Virus record (IMG/VR): IMGVR_UViG_3300049178_000049
Reading direction: 5' to 3' (one strand)
From: a virus
Length of the DNA: 64,000 bases
The first letter of the stretch is position 1; each line of letters starts with the position of its first letter. Below, one piece after another: positions 8,964 to 18,315 of this stretch. Under the pieces are notes generated by a model. It made no database searches, was not told the origin of the DNA, and saw nothing but the letters and a program-made list of their open reading frames with translations. A program made the position numbers and the translations under genes.

Positions 8964-9580
8964 GATGACGACCTCTTGCGAAAGAACAGGAAATAGGCGG
9001 CGAGGGCGGCGCCTCCCGCGATGAGCACGTTCCGCATCGTGTTGTCGCTCGACGGAGCGACCATGGCCGGTTCGCCTGTGTCCAGCGTGGGGATCGGGGG
9101 GATCGGCAGAGAGATCGGCGCTGGGCCCATGGCTACGCCGACATTGCTCGCGCCCCCTCCGCCCCCGCCTCCGGCATCCGTCGAAGACGACGGTGGTGCT
9201 GGTGTCGGTGGTGGCAAGAGCGTGCCCGGATCTACCGGCTGCGGGCGCGGCGCCGGGCCGACGTTCGACACGGTGTACGCGGGCGGTGGCTGCGGGGTGA
9301 TGTCCGTCGATGTGGTGACCGAGGTGTACGTCGCGCCGGGCGTGAAGCCAATCTTGTACGTTCCGGATGGAGTGCCGGTGGCGACCCCGGCACCTGCTGC
9401 ACCTGGGTCCATGGCCACCAGTCCCAGCGCCCCGCGCGCGATGCTCGCCATGGCACGATCCCTGGCTCGGGTCGCCCGCGCTCGCCGCAACTGCAGCGCC
9501 CGCCGCCCCGGCGAGTTGTCCGCCGACGCGATAGCGCGCACGCCGCGGGTCGCGCGGTCCGGGTCCCGCATGTACGACAT
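8960..9580 (-). CDS. Pro/Thr-rich tail-anchored putative virion membrane protein
   Basis: MSYMR basic leader...GALG; C-terminal TM plus RKR. Confidence 0.8.
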   Translation of the reverse strand: MSYMRDPDRATRGVRAIASADNSPGRRALQLRRARATRARDRAMASIARGALGLVAMDPGAAGAGVATGTPSGTYKIGFTPGATYTSVTTSTDITPQPPPAYTVSNVGPAPRPQPVDPGTLLPPPTPAPPSSSTDAGGGGGGGASNVGVAMGPAPISLPIPPIPTLDTGEPAMVAPSSDNTMRNVLIAGGAALAAYFLFFRKRSSS

Positions 9581-9921
9581 CAGTGGTGGCCCCCGTGCCC
9601 ACCATGATGGCCACCGCCATGGCGCCCGGACCCGAAGCTACCCCACGACGGCCCCCAACCCCGGGGACCGTACAAGTCGTAGCTGTCGTCGGGCTGCACG
9701 ATGACGACGGCAGGAACGATGGCGCTGGCACCGGCCTGGGAAGCGTCGGTCGCGGCAGCGATGTCCGCCGACGAAGCGTCGGTTCCCGACGAGGCAGGCG
9801 TGGTCGCGGTGACCGCAGCAGTCGAGGCTGAGGTCGATGCCGCCTGCGACGCTGCACTCTTCTTGTAGAAGTAGTAGCCCGCCGCTGCGGCCCCGATCAG
9901 CCAGAGAGTTGACGTCTTCAT
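9580..9921 (-). CDS. N-anchored Ala/Ser-rich membrane protein with His/Gly tail
   Basis: MKTSTLWLIGAAAAGYYFYKK; coupled stop/start. Confidence 0.7.
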   Translation of the reverse strand: MKTSTLWLIGAAAAGYYFYKKSAASQAASTSASTAAVTATTPASSGTDASSADIAAATDASQAGASAIVPAVVIVQPDDSYDLYGPRGWGPSWGSFGSGRHGGGHHGGHGGHH

Positions 9922-9923
9922 GG

Positions 9924-10253
9924 TCACTTCCTTCCCAGTTCGTAGCCGATCCACATGGGGATACCGATGGCCGCAAGCAGGGCCACCGGATACACCCACT
10001 TGTTCTGCTGGGCGTAGACGTAGCCGCGTAGGACCGGCAGAGCGTTCTGGATCCATGGCATTCCGATACCGGGCGGCGTCTCGGCGCAGACGCCCACTGG
10101 TTGGCCCCGATCGATGGCCTGGAGTTGCTGGATGCGGCAGACGACCTCGGGCATCGCCGGATCGCTGGCGACATCGAGCACCGTTCCGATGGTGCCAACG
10201 ACATCCCCCATGGCCTGGGAGGGTAGGCGTTTGCGGTAGCGCTGGTAGCTCAT
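9924..10253 (-). CDS. Tail-anchored putative virion membrane protein
   Basis: MSYQRYRKR...AMGD; C-terminal TM plus RK. Confidence 0.8.
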   Translation of the reverse strand: MSYQRYRKRLPSQAMGDVVGTIGTVLDVASDPAMPEVVCRIQQLQAIDRGQPVGVCAETPPGIGMPWIQNALPVLRGYVYAQQNKWVYPVALLAAIGIPMWIGYELGRK

Positions 10254-10397
10254 GGTTTGCCTTTCGTGGCGAGCCCGCCTGGGGTCGCCCGTCGCTGGGT
10301 CGACGCCTTTTCCGGGATTTGAGGTTCGACGTGGGAAAGGAGACCACGGCGCTCTCATCGCCGACTTGCATCGACGAGCGGCCTCAGGCGGGCTTGA

Positions 10398-10997
10398 TCA
10401 CGACCTCCCTTTCCTGTCGAAGGCGTGCTTGACGCCGAGTTTCTCCCACGCGAACCACGCCAGCGCCAGGACGCCGCCTGCCTTCAGCCAGAAGCCATAG
10501 TCCGTGCACGCACCAGCCTCGATGCATGCGGTCTGCTCCTGGTTCTTCGCCACATCCGCCGCCGACGAGATAGCGGTCGTGGTCACCAAAAGGAGCCCGC
10601 CGACGATGAGCACCGGCCACAGCCATGGGTGCCCACCTGCACTGAGGATGCCGCCGGTCGGCGACGGGCTCGAAAGCGTGGAGGGGCCGGCCAGCGCGAC
10701 CTGCGCGAGTTGCACCGCGCCGGCGGGGTTGACCGACAGATCGGCGACGGGGAGTGTCTGTCCCGGCATGAGTGCGGCGAGGAGCACCGAGAGCTTGGTG
10801 GCCAAGTCCTGCTCGATGGCCATGTCGCGCTGCGCCACGACACGCTGCGCATAGGCCAAGGGCCTGCGCACCTTGGCGGTTCCGGCGGTGACCTGATCGT
10901 TGAGCGCTCGGTACTTGAGCCACGAGGCCAGGCTGCCCCGCATCCTGGCGAGCTCGGCGGCGGCCCTCTGGACGTCTTGCGTGGTGATGGCGGTCAT
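10398..10997 (-). CDS. Putative virion membrane protein with two TM helices
   Basis: Two hydrophobic helices near the C-terminus; coupled start. Confidence 0.75.
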   Translation of the reverse strand: MTAITTQDVQRAAAELARMRGSLASWLKYRALNDQVTAGTAKVRRPLAYAQRVVAQRDMAIEQDLATKLSVLLAALMPGQTLPVADLSVNPAGAVQLAQVALAGPSTLSSPSPTGGILSAGGHPWLWPVLIVGGLLLVTTTAISSAADVAKNQEQTACIEAGACTDYGFWLKAGGVLALAWFAWEKLGVKHAFDRKGRS

Positions 10998-11551
10998 CGC
11001 TTGCGCTCCATGAGCCACCACACGGCCAGAATCCCGCCCGCCAGCATCAACGTGCCGCTGGAAAGCCCTGTGTCGGACACGGTCGCGCTGCCCGGTGCGG
11101 GTGGGATCCCCAGCGAATCAGCAAACGCCTGGAGCGTCTGGGTGACCTGTCCGAGGTGGGTAGTCACGAAGCTGACCGGGTCGGCGAACCCGGCATTCGC
11201 GTCGGCGATGGCCTGTTGGGACCCAGCGTCGTGGAATTGATTGTAGGCGTCGCTGGCTCGGCGCTGGTAGATCGTCAGGGCCGTGGTGGCAAGCCCGACG
11301 CCAATCGGTAGCAGCGTGATGCCCAGCAGGGCCACCGGAGCCGTGAATGGCGTGGTCACGAACTGGTACGCCGACGGTGCCCCAGGACCGAACCGATTGA
11401 CCTGGGCGACCAGATCGGCGGGCGTCGCATCCGCGGTGACATCGCCCACGGGCTGATGAACGGCTAGCCACGTGGCTCCGCGACGCCTGTAGGGACTCAG
11501 CCCGTGCGCGCGCTGCCATGCAGCGAAGTCGCGTGGCGCCATGTACGTCAT
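10994..11551 (-). CDS. Tail-anchored putative virion membrane protein
   Basis: MTY leader...PVGD; C-terminal TM plus RKR; ATG overlaps capsid B stop. Confidence 0.8.
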   Translation of the reverse strand: MTYMAPRDFAAWQRAHGLSPYRRRGATWLAVHQPVGDVTADATPADLVAQVNRFGPGAPSAYQFVTTPFTAPVALLGITLLPIGVGLATTALTIYQRRASDAYNQFHDAGSQQAIADANAGFADPVSFVTTHLGQVTQTLQAFADSLGIPPAPGSATVSDTGLSSGTLMLAGGILAVWWLMERKR

Positions 11552-12177
11552 CAGAGGTTGACGATCCGGAAGCCAGGGAAGTCGACGTGGAGCGTGCCCT
11601 GCGTCGGCGCGACGGGTGTTCCATTGAAGGTGATGGCTTGGTAGATCGGCACGAAGTTGAGGGTGGCGTTGGGCGCCCACTGCACGGGCGAGGGCAGGGG
11701 GACGACATTGTCCGGCCTCGAGAAGAGGGGGCCGCGCGGCGCGTTCTGGAACTGCCTCTGCGAGCCGCCGTCCACGATCTCGTACTGCAGATCGATGATG
11801 TCGGTGCTCACGACCTGTGTTGGCAAGGGGAAGGTCGACACCGGGCGCCAGCGACCGAAGTTGGTGGCGTTGTCGGGCGCGCTGGGAAACCAGAGCACGA
11901 GGGGGTAGTGCGTCTGGATGAACGGGCCATCCTGCGACACCGTGATGATCACCGGCGTGGCCCGCTTCCCCAGATCGGAGATGGTGAACGTCACCTCCCC
12001 CGACAGCGTGCTCTCGATCCACCGGCCGGGGATCTTGTTGATCTCGTCCCAGACCGTGTCCGGCTTCGTCTGCAGGGCGTTGACCTGCGCAATGAGCTGG
12101 TTGACGGTGTTCGTGAGGTTGGTGATCGCGACCTTGTGCGTCCGGACGGCGTAGGCCACTGTGGAATCGGTCGTCAT
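11551..12177 (-). CDS. Putative single jelly-roll capsid protein B
   Basis: Beta-strand-rich, 208 aa; I.DGGS.R.FQN.P...LP.P....PN..L pattern recalled from jelly-roll capsid proteins; adjacent to capsid A. Confidence 0.55.
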   Translation of the reverse strand: MTTDSTVAYAVRTHKVAITNLTNTVNQLIAQVNALQTKPDTVWDEINKIPGRWIESTLSGEVTFTISDLGKRATPVIITVSQDGPFIQTHYPLVLWFPSAPDNATNFGRWRPVSTFPLPTQVVSTDIIDLQYEIVDGGSQRQFQNAPRGPLFSRPDNVVPLPSPVQWAPNATLNFVPIYQAITFNGTPVAPTQGTLHVDFPGFRIVNL

Positions 12178-12247
12178 GTTGTCTCCCTTGCGGGGTATCT
12201 CCCGGCAAGCCGGGGTAGCATCACGCCAGGGAAACCCCGGCGGTGGC

Positions 12248-13002
12248 CAACTCGTGAACTCGGTAGAGCGCCCGACCAGCCGGTCAAGGCCAATCGGGCG
12301 CCGGGGCGGTCACTGCACGTCGCGAGTTTGCAAACCGTCGAGCATAAACAGAATGTTCAGGATGTCGTCCGTGTCAGCAGCGTTCAGCCCGTTGAGGGCG
12401 CTCGTCGTGCCGATCGCGAAGAAGTCCGCCTGGGCGGCGAAGTTCTGCCGGACGGGCACGATGATCGGCCTCGCGAGCTTCAGGATCGATGCCTGCTCCG
12501 GGGTGCCGTGCGAGAAGATCGACGCGGTGGAGTCGAAGCCCCACACGCCGCCGCCCGCCGGGTAGTACCAGCACGGCGCCTGGAACATCGGCTTGGTGCC
12601 AACGACCAGCGTCCAGAACAGCTGCGACGTCACGTTCAGGTAGTTGTCCCGACGGTTCGGCCCGTCGAAGAACATGAAGCAGCGCAGGGCCAGGATGACG
12701 TACGTCTGATCCGAGGCGAGTTGGCCGGCGGTCTGGAGGTTGGTCAGCGCCAGGTTGCCGATGTTGGCGTTGCCGAACAGCTTGGTGCTGTTCACGATGG
12801 GGGTGGCCGGGGCGCCCGTGGAGCGCACCAGCGTATCCCAGAGCGGCTGGTGGAGCCGCTCGCGGTATCCGTGGAGACGAGGCATCGAAGAGTTCCTTTG
12901 CGGTACGTTTGATTCGGCGACCGGGGAGGGATTTCCGCTGTCACCTGGCTGGGACCGCCAGCCACAACTCGTGAACTCGGTGTTCGATCTCGTGAACTCG
13001 GT
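12248..13002. repeat. Three copies of CTCGTGAACTCGGT flanking capsid gene A (12251-12264, 12968-12981, 12989-13002)
   Basis: Read directly; the first two share 17 identical nt (CAACTCGTGAACTCGGT). Confidence 0.9.
12310..12885 (-). CDS. Putative single jelly-roll major capsid protein A
   Basis: Beta-strand-rich, 191 aa; PLWDT...LF...TNL...GQL motif; strong RBS; flanked by structured intergenic regions; next to Arg-rich core gene. Confidence 0.55.
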   Translation of the reverse strand: MPRLHGYRERLHQPLWDTLVRSTGAPATPIVNSTKLFGNANIGNLALTNLQTAGQLASDQTYVILALRCFMFFDGPNRRDNYLNVTSQLFWTLVVGTKPMFQAPCWYYPAGGGVWGFDSTASIFSHGTPEQASILKLARPIIVPVRQNFAAQADFFAIGTTSALNGLNAADTDDILNILFMLDGLQTRDVQ

Positions 13003-13009
13003 CTACCGG

Positions 13010-13025
13010 CGCACCGCGCGGTGCG
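13010..13025. terminator. Perfect 16-bp palindrome CGCACCGCGCGGTGCG just after the core-protein stop; candidate terminator or processing hairpin
   Basis: Perfect dyad followed by TTTT on the plus strand. Confidence 0.4.
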
Positions 13026-13032
13026 TTTTGGA

Positions 13033-14514
13033 TCAGCCCCCGCCGCCGAACTTGCCGCCGAAGATGCCCGCGTACAGATCAGCAGATGCGTCGAATGCGG
13101 GCGTCACGCCCGGGATCCCCTTGGTGAAGGAGCGGGCAGGGATCGGCTGGATGAACGCCTGGGACGGGACCTGCTTCAGCATGGCCATGGAGCCGCTGGT
13201 GGGGCCCGGCAGGCCACCCAGGAGCACGTTGCCGAGCTCCTCGTCGACGCCCAGTTCCTCCTCCACTCCCATGCCCAGTTCCTGCTCCACGCCATCGGCG
13301 CCCACGGCCACGTAGTCGGACATGGTGATGCGCTCGTTGAGGGGTGGCGCTGCACCGACGGCCACGTAGTCGCCCATGTTGACGTAGTCGCCGACCGCCG
13401 ACTGAATGCTGGCCGGGGCAAACGCCGTCCAGAGCGAGGCCAGCGCCTGGAAGCCCGCGCCCATCATGGCCTGCTCACGGTACCTCGAGAGCGCGCCCAC
13501 CTTCTTCGTAACGAAGTTGGTGAGCAGCAGCGAGGCCACGGACAGCACGGGCCCCTGCAGCGTGCCCAGCGAGGACACGACCGGCAGCATGGGGCCGAAC
13601 TTGTTCACGACCATCCGGTTGGCCAGGAACGAGACGGCCACGGGGATGACGCGCTTGAGCTCGGTGAAAATGTCCCCGATGCCGGGATTCCGGCGGTACC
13701 GACGGTAGGATCGCCGACGCCCGCGCCGGTGCGACCGCCTGCGCCGCACGGTGTATCCGCGCCGGTGCGACCGCCGCCGCTTCCGGCGCCGACGCCCGGG
13801 GTTCATCCGGACGGTGGTGGCCTCGGGGCCCATCAGCATGTGCAGCCGCCGCGAGGACATCCGCTTGGTGGCGCGGCGCCCCTTGCGACGCCGCCGACTG
13901 GGCCGGGTCACCCGCACGCCATGAATGGTGGTGTGTACCGTACGGCGACGGCGCCTCCGCGACGCATGACTGCGGCGCGCGCGAGCGCGCTTCCGGTGCA
14001 CCGACTTCCGGGCGCGGCGCTTCTTGCCGCCCCCCGACCGGCGCGCACGCCGACGCTTGGTGCGGCCCAGCGCGCCCATCTTGCCGGCGCGCTTGCGGGC
14101 CCTCCAGTACCGCTTCATGGCGGCGCTTCGCTTCTTCGACCCTTTGGCCATTGAATTGCTCCTGGGGCTGCGGTTCTTGCGGCTGCGCCAGCCCTTGAGC
14201 GCTGCCCGTCGCCGTTTCTTGACCGCCCACGGGTGGGCGTTGCCGGCGCGGCGCCGCCCGGCGGGATTCCTTCGATGCTTCGCCCAGTAGTCCCTCAGCG
14301 GCTTGGGCATGCGATGACGCCGCCGGGTGCGGGTGCCGTGCTTCGCCCAGTAGCGGGCGAGTGCGACCGGCTGGCGAGCCTTGCGTCGCTTGTGATGCGG
14401 CGGGCGATCCGGCGCCCCGTAGCGGGGCCGACGCTTGCGAGCGGGGTTGCTCACCGCCGCGCTGCCACGGATCCGCAGCCCGCGACGCTTGCCGTTGACG
14501 AAGAGGATGGGCAC
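13033..14514 (-). CDS. Arg-rich (protamine-like) core protein with membrane domain and acidic tail
   Basis: About 275 N-terminal residues dominated by R/K/H with four NP motifs, then a hydrophobic helical domain, then GDYV/ELG repeats; probable GTG start. Confidence 0.8.
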   Translation of the reverse strand: MPILFVNGKRRGLRIRGSAAVSNPARKRRPRYGAPDRPPHHKRRKARQPVALARYWAKHGTRTRRRHRMPKPLRDYWAKHRRNPAGRRRAGNAHPWAVKKRRRAALKGWRSRKNRSPRSNSMAKGSKKRSAAMKRYWRARKRAGKMGALGRTKRRRARRSGGGKKRRARKSVHRKRARARRSHASRRRRRRTVHTTIHGVRVTRPSRRRRKGRRATKRMSSRRLHMLMGPEATTVRMNPGRRRRKRRRSHRRGYTVRRRRSHRRGRRRSYRRYRRNPGIGDIFTELKRVIPVAVSFLANRMVVNKFGPMLPVVSSLGTLQGPVLSVASLLLTNFVTKKVGALSRYREQAMMGAGFQALASLWTAFAPASIQSAVGDYVNMGDYVAVGAAPPLNERITMSDYVAVGADGVEQELGMGVEEELGVDEELGNVLLGGLPGPTSGSMAMLKQVPSQAFIQPIPARSFTKGIPGVTPAFDASADLYAGIFGGKFGGGG

Positions 14515-14758
14515 GAGATCGACACCGCGCGCATCCCCAACTTTAGTCAACCCCCTATTTTCGATTTCCTGTCAGTGGAAATCGCGCAACTACCTGATAG
14601 TATGTCCTGGCATCCTGCTGCCCCGGATGCCCAGACCGCCGGAACGTGAGCAAGCGCGCAAGTACGACGGCCATACCTACCGGCTGGGAATAAAGTTCGG
14701 AGGGATCCCGCAAGGGCGTTAAGGGCTTCCAGGACGCCTCCCTGGCAAGCAGCGGAGT

Positions 14759-15097
14759 TCAGTTCGGAGGGTCGTCGATCGTGTATGGGACGTAAGTGCC
14801 ATCAGGGCGAAGGAAGGCCCGGGTCGCTCCTTCGAGATGGGGGTCCGGGCCCCGTAATTCCCTGGCCGTGTGAATCGTTCGACATCGAGGGCATTCCACC
14901 GTCTGGCCGACTTTAACTCGTGCCGGGTGAAACACAGCGATCAGCCGACCTCGACTGAACCCGCAGCAAAGCAGCGGAATGAACCCGCGCTCGTTGATCA
15001 GCTTTGCCAGAAGCGGCTCGCCGATGTCATCCCATGAGCCGTTGACGACAACGAGATCGTCATAGCGAATCGTCTTGAGGTTGGCCCATTCATTCAT
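14759..15097 (-). CDS. Zn-ribbon hypothetical protein
   Basis: CC and CPRC motifs. Confidence 0.55.
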   Translation of the reverse strand: MNEWANLKTIRYDDLVVVNGSWDDIGEPLLAKLINERGFIPLLCCGFSRGRLIAVFHPARVKVGQTVECPRCRTIHTARELRGPDPHLEGATRAFLRPDGTYVPYTIDDPPN

Positions 15098-15109
15098 GGA
15101 GCCACAGTA

Positions 15110-15337
15110 TCACGGCTTGCTCGCGGCCTCTCGGGCCTCCTTCACCGCCACCATGAGGCTGTCATCCTCCTCCACCGGCAACCTGATGATGCCGGAACTC
15201 GGGTTCATGTGGTCAAGCTCGGTGGCCAGGCGGTCGGCCGATCTGCCTACCGCCATGCACGAGTCGATCGCCCGAAGGCAGGCTGCCTCCACCCTCGCAT
15301 TCACAACGCTACTCCCCTCGGGGAACTTCCTGGGCAT
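15110..15337 (-). CDS. Hypothetical protein
   Basis: GGAG RBS; coupled. Confidence 0.5.
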   Translation of the reverse strand: MPRKFPEGSSVVNARVEAACLRAIDSCMAVGRSADRLATELDHMNPSSGIIRLPVEEDDSLMVAVKEAREAASKP

Positions 15338-15349
15338 GGTCAACTCCTT

Positions 15350-15760
15350 CTAGTGCGGTGTTCTGCGCGGCCGGATCAGGTAGTCGTAGATCTTGTCCAT
15401 GACCGCTGCAACCTTGCTGGAGGCCTCGGCCGCCTTCTGGGCGACGCTCTCCATGTTCTCGGCGTATTCGCGCCGGGCGAGCGCCTCGTTCTCTCGGGCC
15501 TCCTTGTAGAGCGTCTCAAGCGTCGAGTGGTACTTCGCCTCGTACTCCGCCCGGAGATCGATCTGGAAGCGCTCGAGGCGCACGCGCTCTGCCGCCCACG
15601 CCTCACGCTCCTTGGCCCATGTCTCGCGTTCCCTGCCGTGATCTTCCGCTCGCTTGCTGTAGTAGCGGAACAGGTAGGCGATAACGCCAGCCAGCGCCAA
15701 GATCGCGGCGATCAACAGCGGGATGAGCGAGGTCGGAACGGGTGGCTCAGCAACGGGCAT
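15350..15760 (-). CDS. N-terminal TM plus coiled-coil protein (holin-like)
   Basis: Single TM helix followed by charged heptads. Confidence 0.5.
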   Translation of the reverse strand: MPVAEPPVPTSLIPLLIAAILALAGVIAYLFRYYSKRAEDHGRERETWAKEREAWAAERVRLERFQIDLRAEYEAKYHSTLETLYKEARENEALARREYAENMESVAQKAAEASSKVAAVMDKIYDYLIRPRRTPH

Positions 15761-15763
15761 GTG

Positions 15764-16315
15764 TCATCCATCGATTCCGCGCGCGAACACGCCCAGCGCC
15801 CCGCCCCACATCATGGCCAGGACGGTCTTCCTGGACTGGATGACCATGAGGCACTTCCCATCTGGGGTGGTGTAGAGGTCGGGTAGCGGGTCTCGTCCCT
15901 CGACCTCGCACCGTTCTCCATCCTCGTCCTCGAAGCAGAACCCCAGGCAGAACCCCAGGCGAGTAAGCGCCGAGATCTCGATGAACTCCCTGGGAACATC
16001 CACTTCGCCTCCGTTCGCATCCTGGCGGGTTGGGAGGTAGCACACCACGCCAGCGTCATGCTCGTGGATGTAGTTGACCGGGCGGCTCGGCCTTTTGAGC
16101 GTCTCGGGATCCACTTTGCCCGAGCGGTAGGTGACGAACTTGGCGGGCCCAGCGCGGTAGACCACATCCGGAATCCGGAACGACGACCGGAACTCGCCGA
16201 TCTGCCGGGGATCGAAGCGATGAAACTCCTGGTACTTGGCGACCGCCTGTTCAGCGTCGGCTTTGCGACTTGCCGCAAGTGCCTTCAGGAATGCCTTGGA
16301 TGCGGGCCGACTCAT
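15764..16315 (-). CDS. Hypothetical virion-module protein
   Basis: Y.EFH...P...Y.HEH...P.L pattern; coupled within the structural operon. Confidence 0.65.
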   Translation of the reverse strand: MSRPASKAFLKALAASRKADAEQAVAKYQEFHRFDPRQIGEFRSSFRIPDVVYRAGPAKFVTYRSGKVDPETLKRPSRPVNYIHEHDAGVVCYLPTRQDANGGEVDVPREFIEISALTRLGFCLGFCFEDEDGERCEVEGRDPLPDLYTTPDGKCLMVIQSRKTVLAMMWGGALGVFARGIDG

Positions 16316-17049
16316 CGGATCTCAGGCTCCAGAACATTGGTCCACAACCAGTAGGCGCCGAGGGCCAGGGCACCCCACTTGAGCACGTTGTAGATGTCCT
16401 GCAGATGGTCGACGACCGTCAGGGCGTCCTCGCCGATCTGCAGCACGGTCCCAGCTACGGCCCTCACCAGGGTCCACGCCTTGTCGAACGCGGACTGGAA
16501 CGCGGCCAGTGCTCCGACCCACCAAGGTGTGATGCAACCGATCACCAGGGCCGTGGCCATGGCATTCGAGGCCGCTCCCAGGGAGTCCGTCACCCAGCGC
16601 TTGAGCCCCACAGCGTTGATGGCACGCGTGCCCTGCGCATCGGCCTGATTCGCCGCCTGTAGGTAGTCGATGGATTTCTTTCCGGCGTTGGACAGATCGT
16701 CAGTCGCCTGCATGACGCTGTCCTGCGATGCGTTCGGCTCCTTGGCGGCCTGGTCGACCAGCGCTTGCGCTTGGCTGATCGTTGCCATGACCGAGCTGAC
16801 GATCGACCGGATGTCGCTCGCCGTGTAGAATCCAGTGGGTTGCCAGTTCTGGGCGAGGTCATTCACCCTGGCATCGAAGGGGGCCGTGGCGTCATTGGCC
16901 TGATTCAGGCAGCCTCCGATCACGGAGGGGGGCGCAGATTGCGTGTCATCCTGGTAGATCAGGACCCCAGAGACCGGATCGTAGATGTCGTCGCCGAGCG
17001 ACCGTCGTCTAACGTAGCGACGCGGAGGCGCCTTCCTGAGGTAACTCAT
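16312..17049 (-). CDS. Helical tail-anchored putative virion membrane protein
   Basis: MSYLRK...RRRSLGDD; C-terminal TM. Confidence 0.8.
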   Translation of the reverse strand: MSYLRKAPPRRYVRRRSLGDDIYDPVSGVLIYQDDTQSAPPSVIGGCLNQANDATAPFDARVNDLAQNWQPTGFYTASDIRSIVSSVMATISQAQALVDQAAKEPNASQDSVMQATDDLSNAGKKSIDYLQAANQADAQGTRAINAVGLKRWVTDSLGAASNAMATALVIGCITPWWVGALAAFQSAFDKAWTLVRAVAGTVLQIGEDALTVVDHLQDIYNVLKWGALALGAYWLWTNVLEPEIR

Positions 17050-17342
17050 CGAAGTGTCCTCCATGCGACGTAGGCAATGGCCGCGTAGGCGAGGAGCGTG
17101 GTCGGATCCCAGGAGCCATCGGCCCCACCCAGGCTGGCGATCCTGCCCTGGGGCAGAAACCCGGTGCCGACTCTTCGTGCGGAGGTTGGCAGTTTCCAGG
17201 CGGCGCGCTCGGCCGTCGCGCCGATCTCGCCCATCGCTCGAGGGACCGGGGGAGAACCGGCGTGGGTTCCTCCAGCGCCCGGGGCCTCGTAGTAGTCGAA
17301 GGCGTGCCGATCGTAGTTGTAGACCGAGTATCGCATGGGCAT
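17046..17342 (-). CDS. Tail-anchored putative virion membrane protein
   Basis: AMGE and SLGG motifs; C-terminal TM. Confidence 0.7.
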   Translation of the reverse strand: MPMRYSVYNYDRHAFDYYEAPGAGGTHAGSPPVPRAMGEIGATAERAAWKLPTSARRVGTGFLPQGRIASLGGADGSWDPTTLLAYAAIAYVAWRTLR

Positions 17343-17576
17343 TCATCGCAGGGACGCAGCACATAGCGCCGCGAATTCCAGAGCTGCCGGAGATACCTCT
17401 CGGAGGACCGTTCCGCCGCGCTGACCAATGGCGGCTGTCACAGCCATCCATAACTCGATCAATTCATCCGGCGAATTTACGTCGACCCGAAGTGGCTCAC
17501 GCGTCGAACCATTGACCGAGACAAGCGTCACCACTCCACCATGAGGCGCAACCCTGGTCAGGTAGTTCTTGGGCAT
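17343..17576 (-). CDS. Small hypothetical protein
   Basis: MPKNYLTR; start overlaps upstream TAA. Confidence 0.55.
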   Translation of the reverse strand: MPKNYLTRVAPHGGVVTLVSVNGSTREPLRVDVNSPDELIELWMAVTAAIGQRGGTVLREVSPAALEFAALCAASLR

Positions 17577-17965
17577 TACCGCCTCCGCTTCTTGGCGAAG
17601 TGCCACACCAGGAGCGCGCCAACACCAATCGTGATCCATCCCCCGGGCACGGCGTCCGAGATGTCCGAAAGCGCTGGGCTGGCTGGCGCGTTGGTCCCGC
17701 ACCCACAAGTCCCGCTGCAACTGCATCCCCCCATCGCCTCGTAGATATCGCCCATGCCCTGCGTCATGCGCTGGTTGGACACGCCGATCGGCTCGGGTGC
17801 CCCCGGGGCCGGGAGGATCGTCGAGCCGTACAGGGTCGGCGTGGACAACGACGACTCCTCCAGGATGCCAAGCGCTTGGGCGTCCGCTGCCTTGGCCTGA
17901 ACGGGAGAGCCGTGGCCCCAGCGAATGAGCGGTCCCCCGCGGTAGGTGTAGCCGTAGTTCCTCAT
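17576..17965 (-). CDS. Tail-anchored putative virion membrane protein with Cys cluster
   Basis: QGMGD...CSCSGTCGC; C-terminal TM plus KKRRR. Confidence 0.75.
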   Translation of the reverse strand: MRNYGYTYRGGPLIRWGHGSPVQAKAADAQALGILEESSLSTPTLYGSTILPAPGAPEPIGVSNQRMTQGMGDIYEAMGGCSCSGTCGCGTNAPASPALSDISDAVPGGWITIGVGALLVWHFAKKRRR

Positions 17966-18315
17966 GCTTGGCTCTCCATCTTGGCGATTGGCCAGCGCGT
18001 CCACTTCGGACCACCGTTGTAGCCGCAGCACATCACCTTGCCCTTCCACTCACAGCCCGGGGCTGAACAGGAGCGCTGAATGCTACCGCGAGTTAGGTGA
18101 CCGTTCACGCAATGGAACGAACGTGTCAGGCAGTTGTCGTCGTGATCATGGCCCGGTGGAGAGTAGTGGCCGACCGTCTTTTCGCAGACGAGACCGCCCC
18201 AAGCGAACGGTCCTCCGCAGTGGGGACACGCCGGCGGCGGCTCAATTGCGGTCACGGACACGGGCGGTTCTTCCGTGGGCACGAATAGCGACCCCTTGCG
18301 CTCCCATCCGATCAT
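17962..18315 (-). CDS. Cys/His-rich Zn-binding protein
   Basis: CPHC, C...C, CxxxxC motifs; coupled. Confidence 0.55.
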   Translation of the reverse strand: MIGWERKGSLFVPTEEPPVSVTAIEPPPACPHCGGPFAWGGLVCEKTVGHYSPPGHDHDDNCLTRSFHCVNGHLTRGSIQRSCSAPGCEWKGKVMCCGYNGGPKWTRWPIAKMESQA

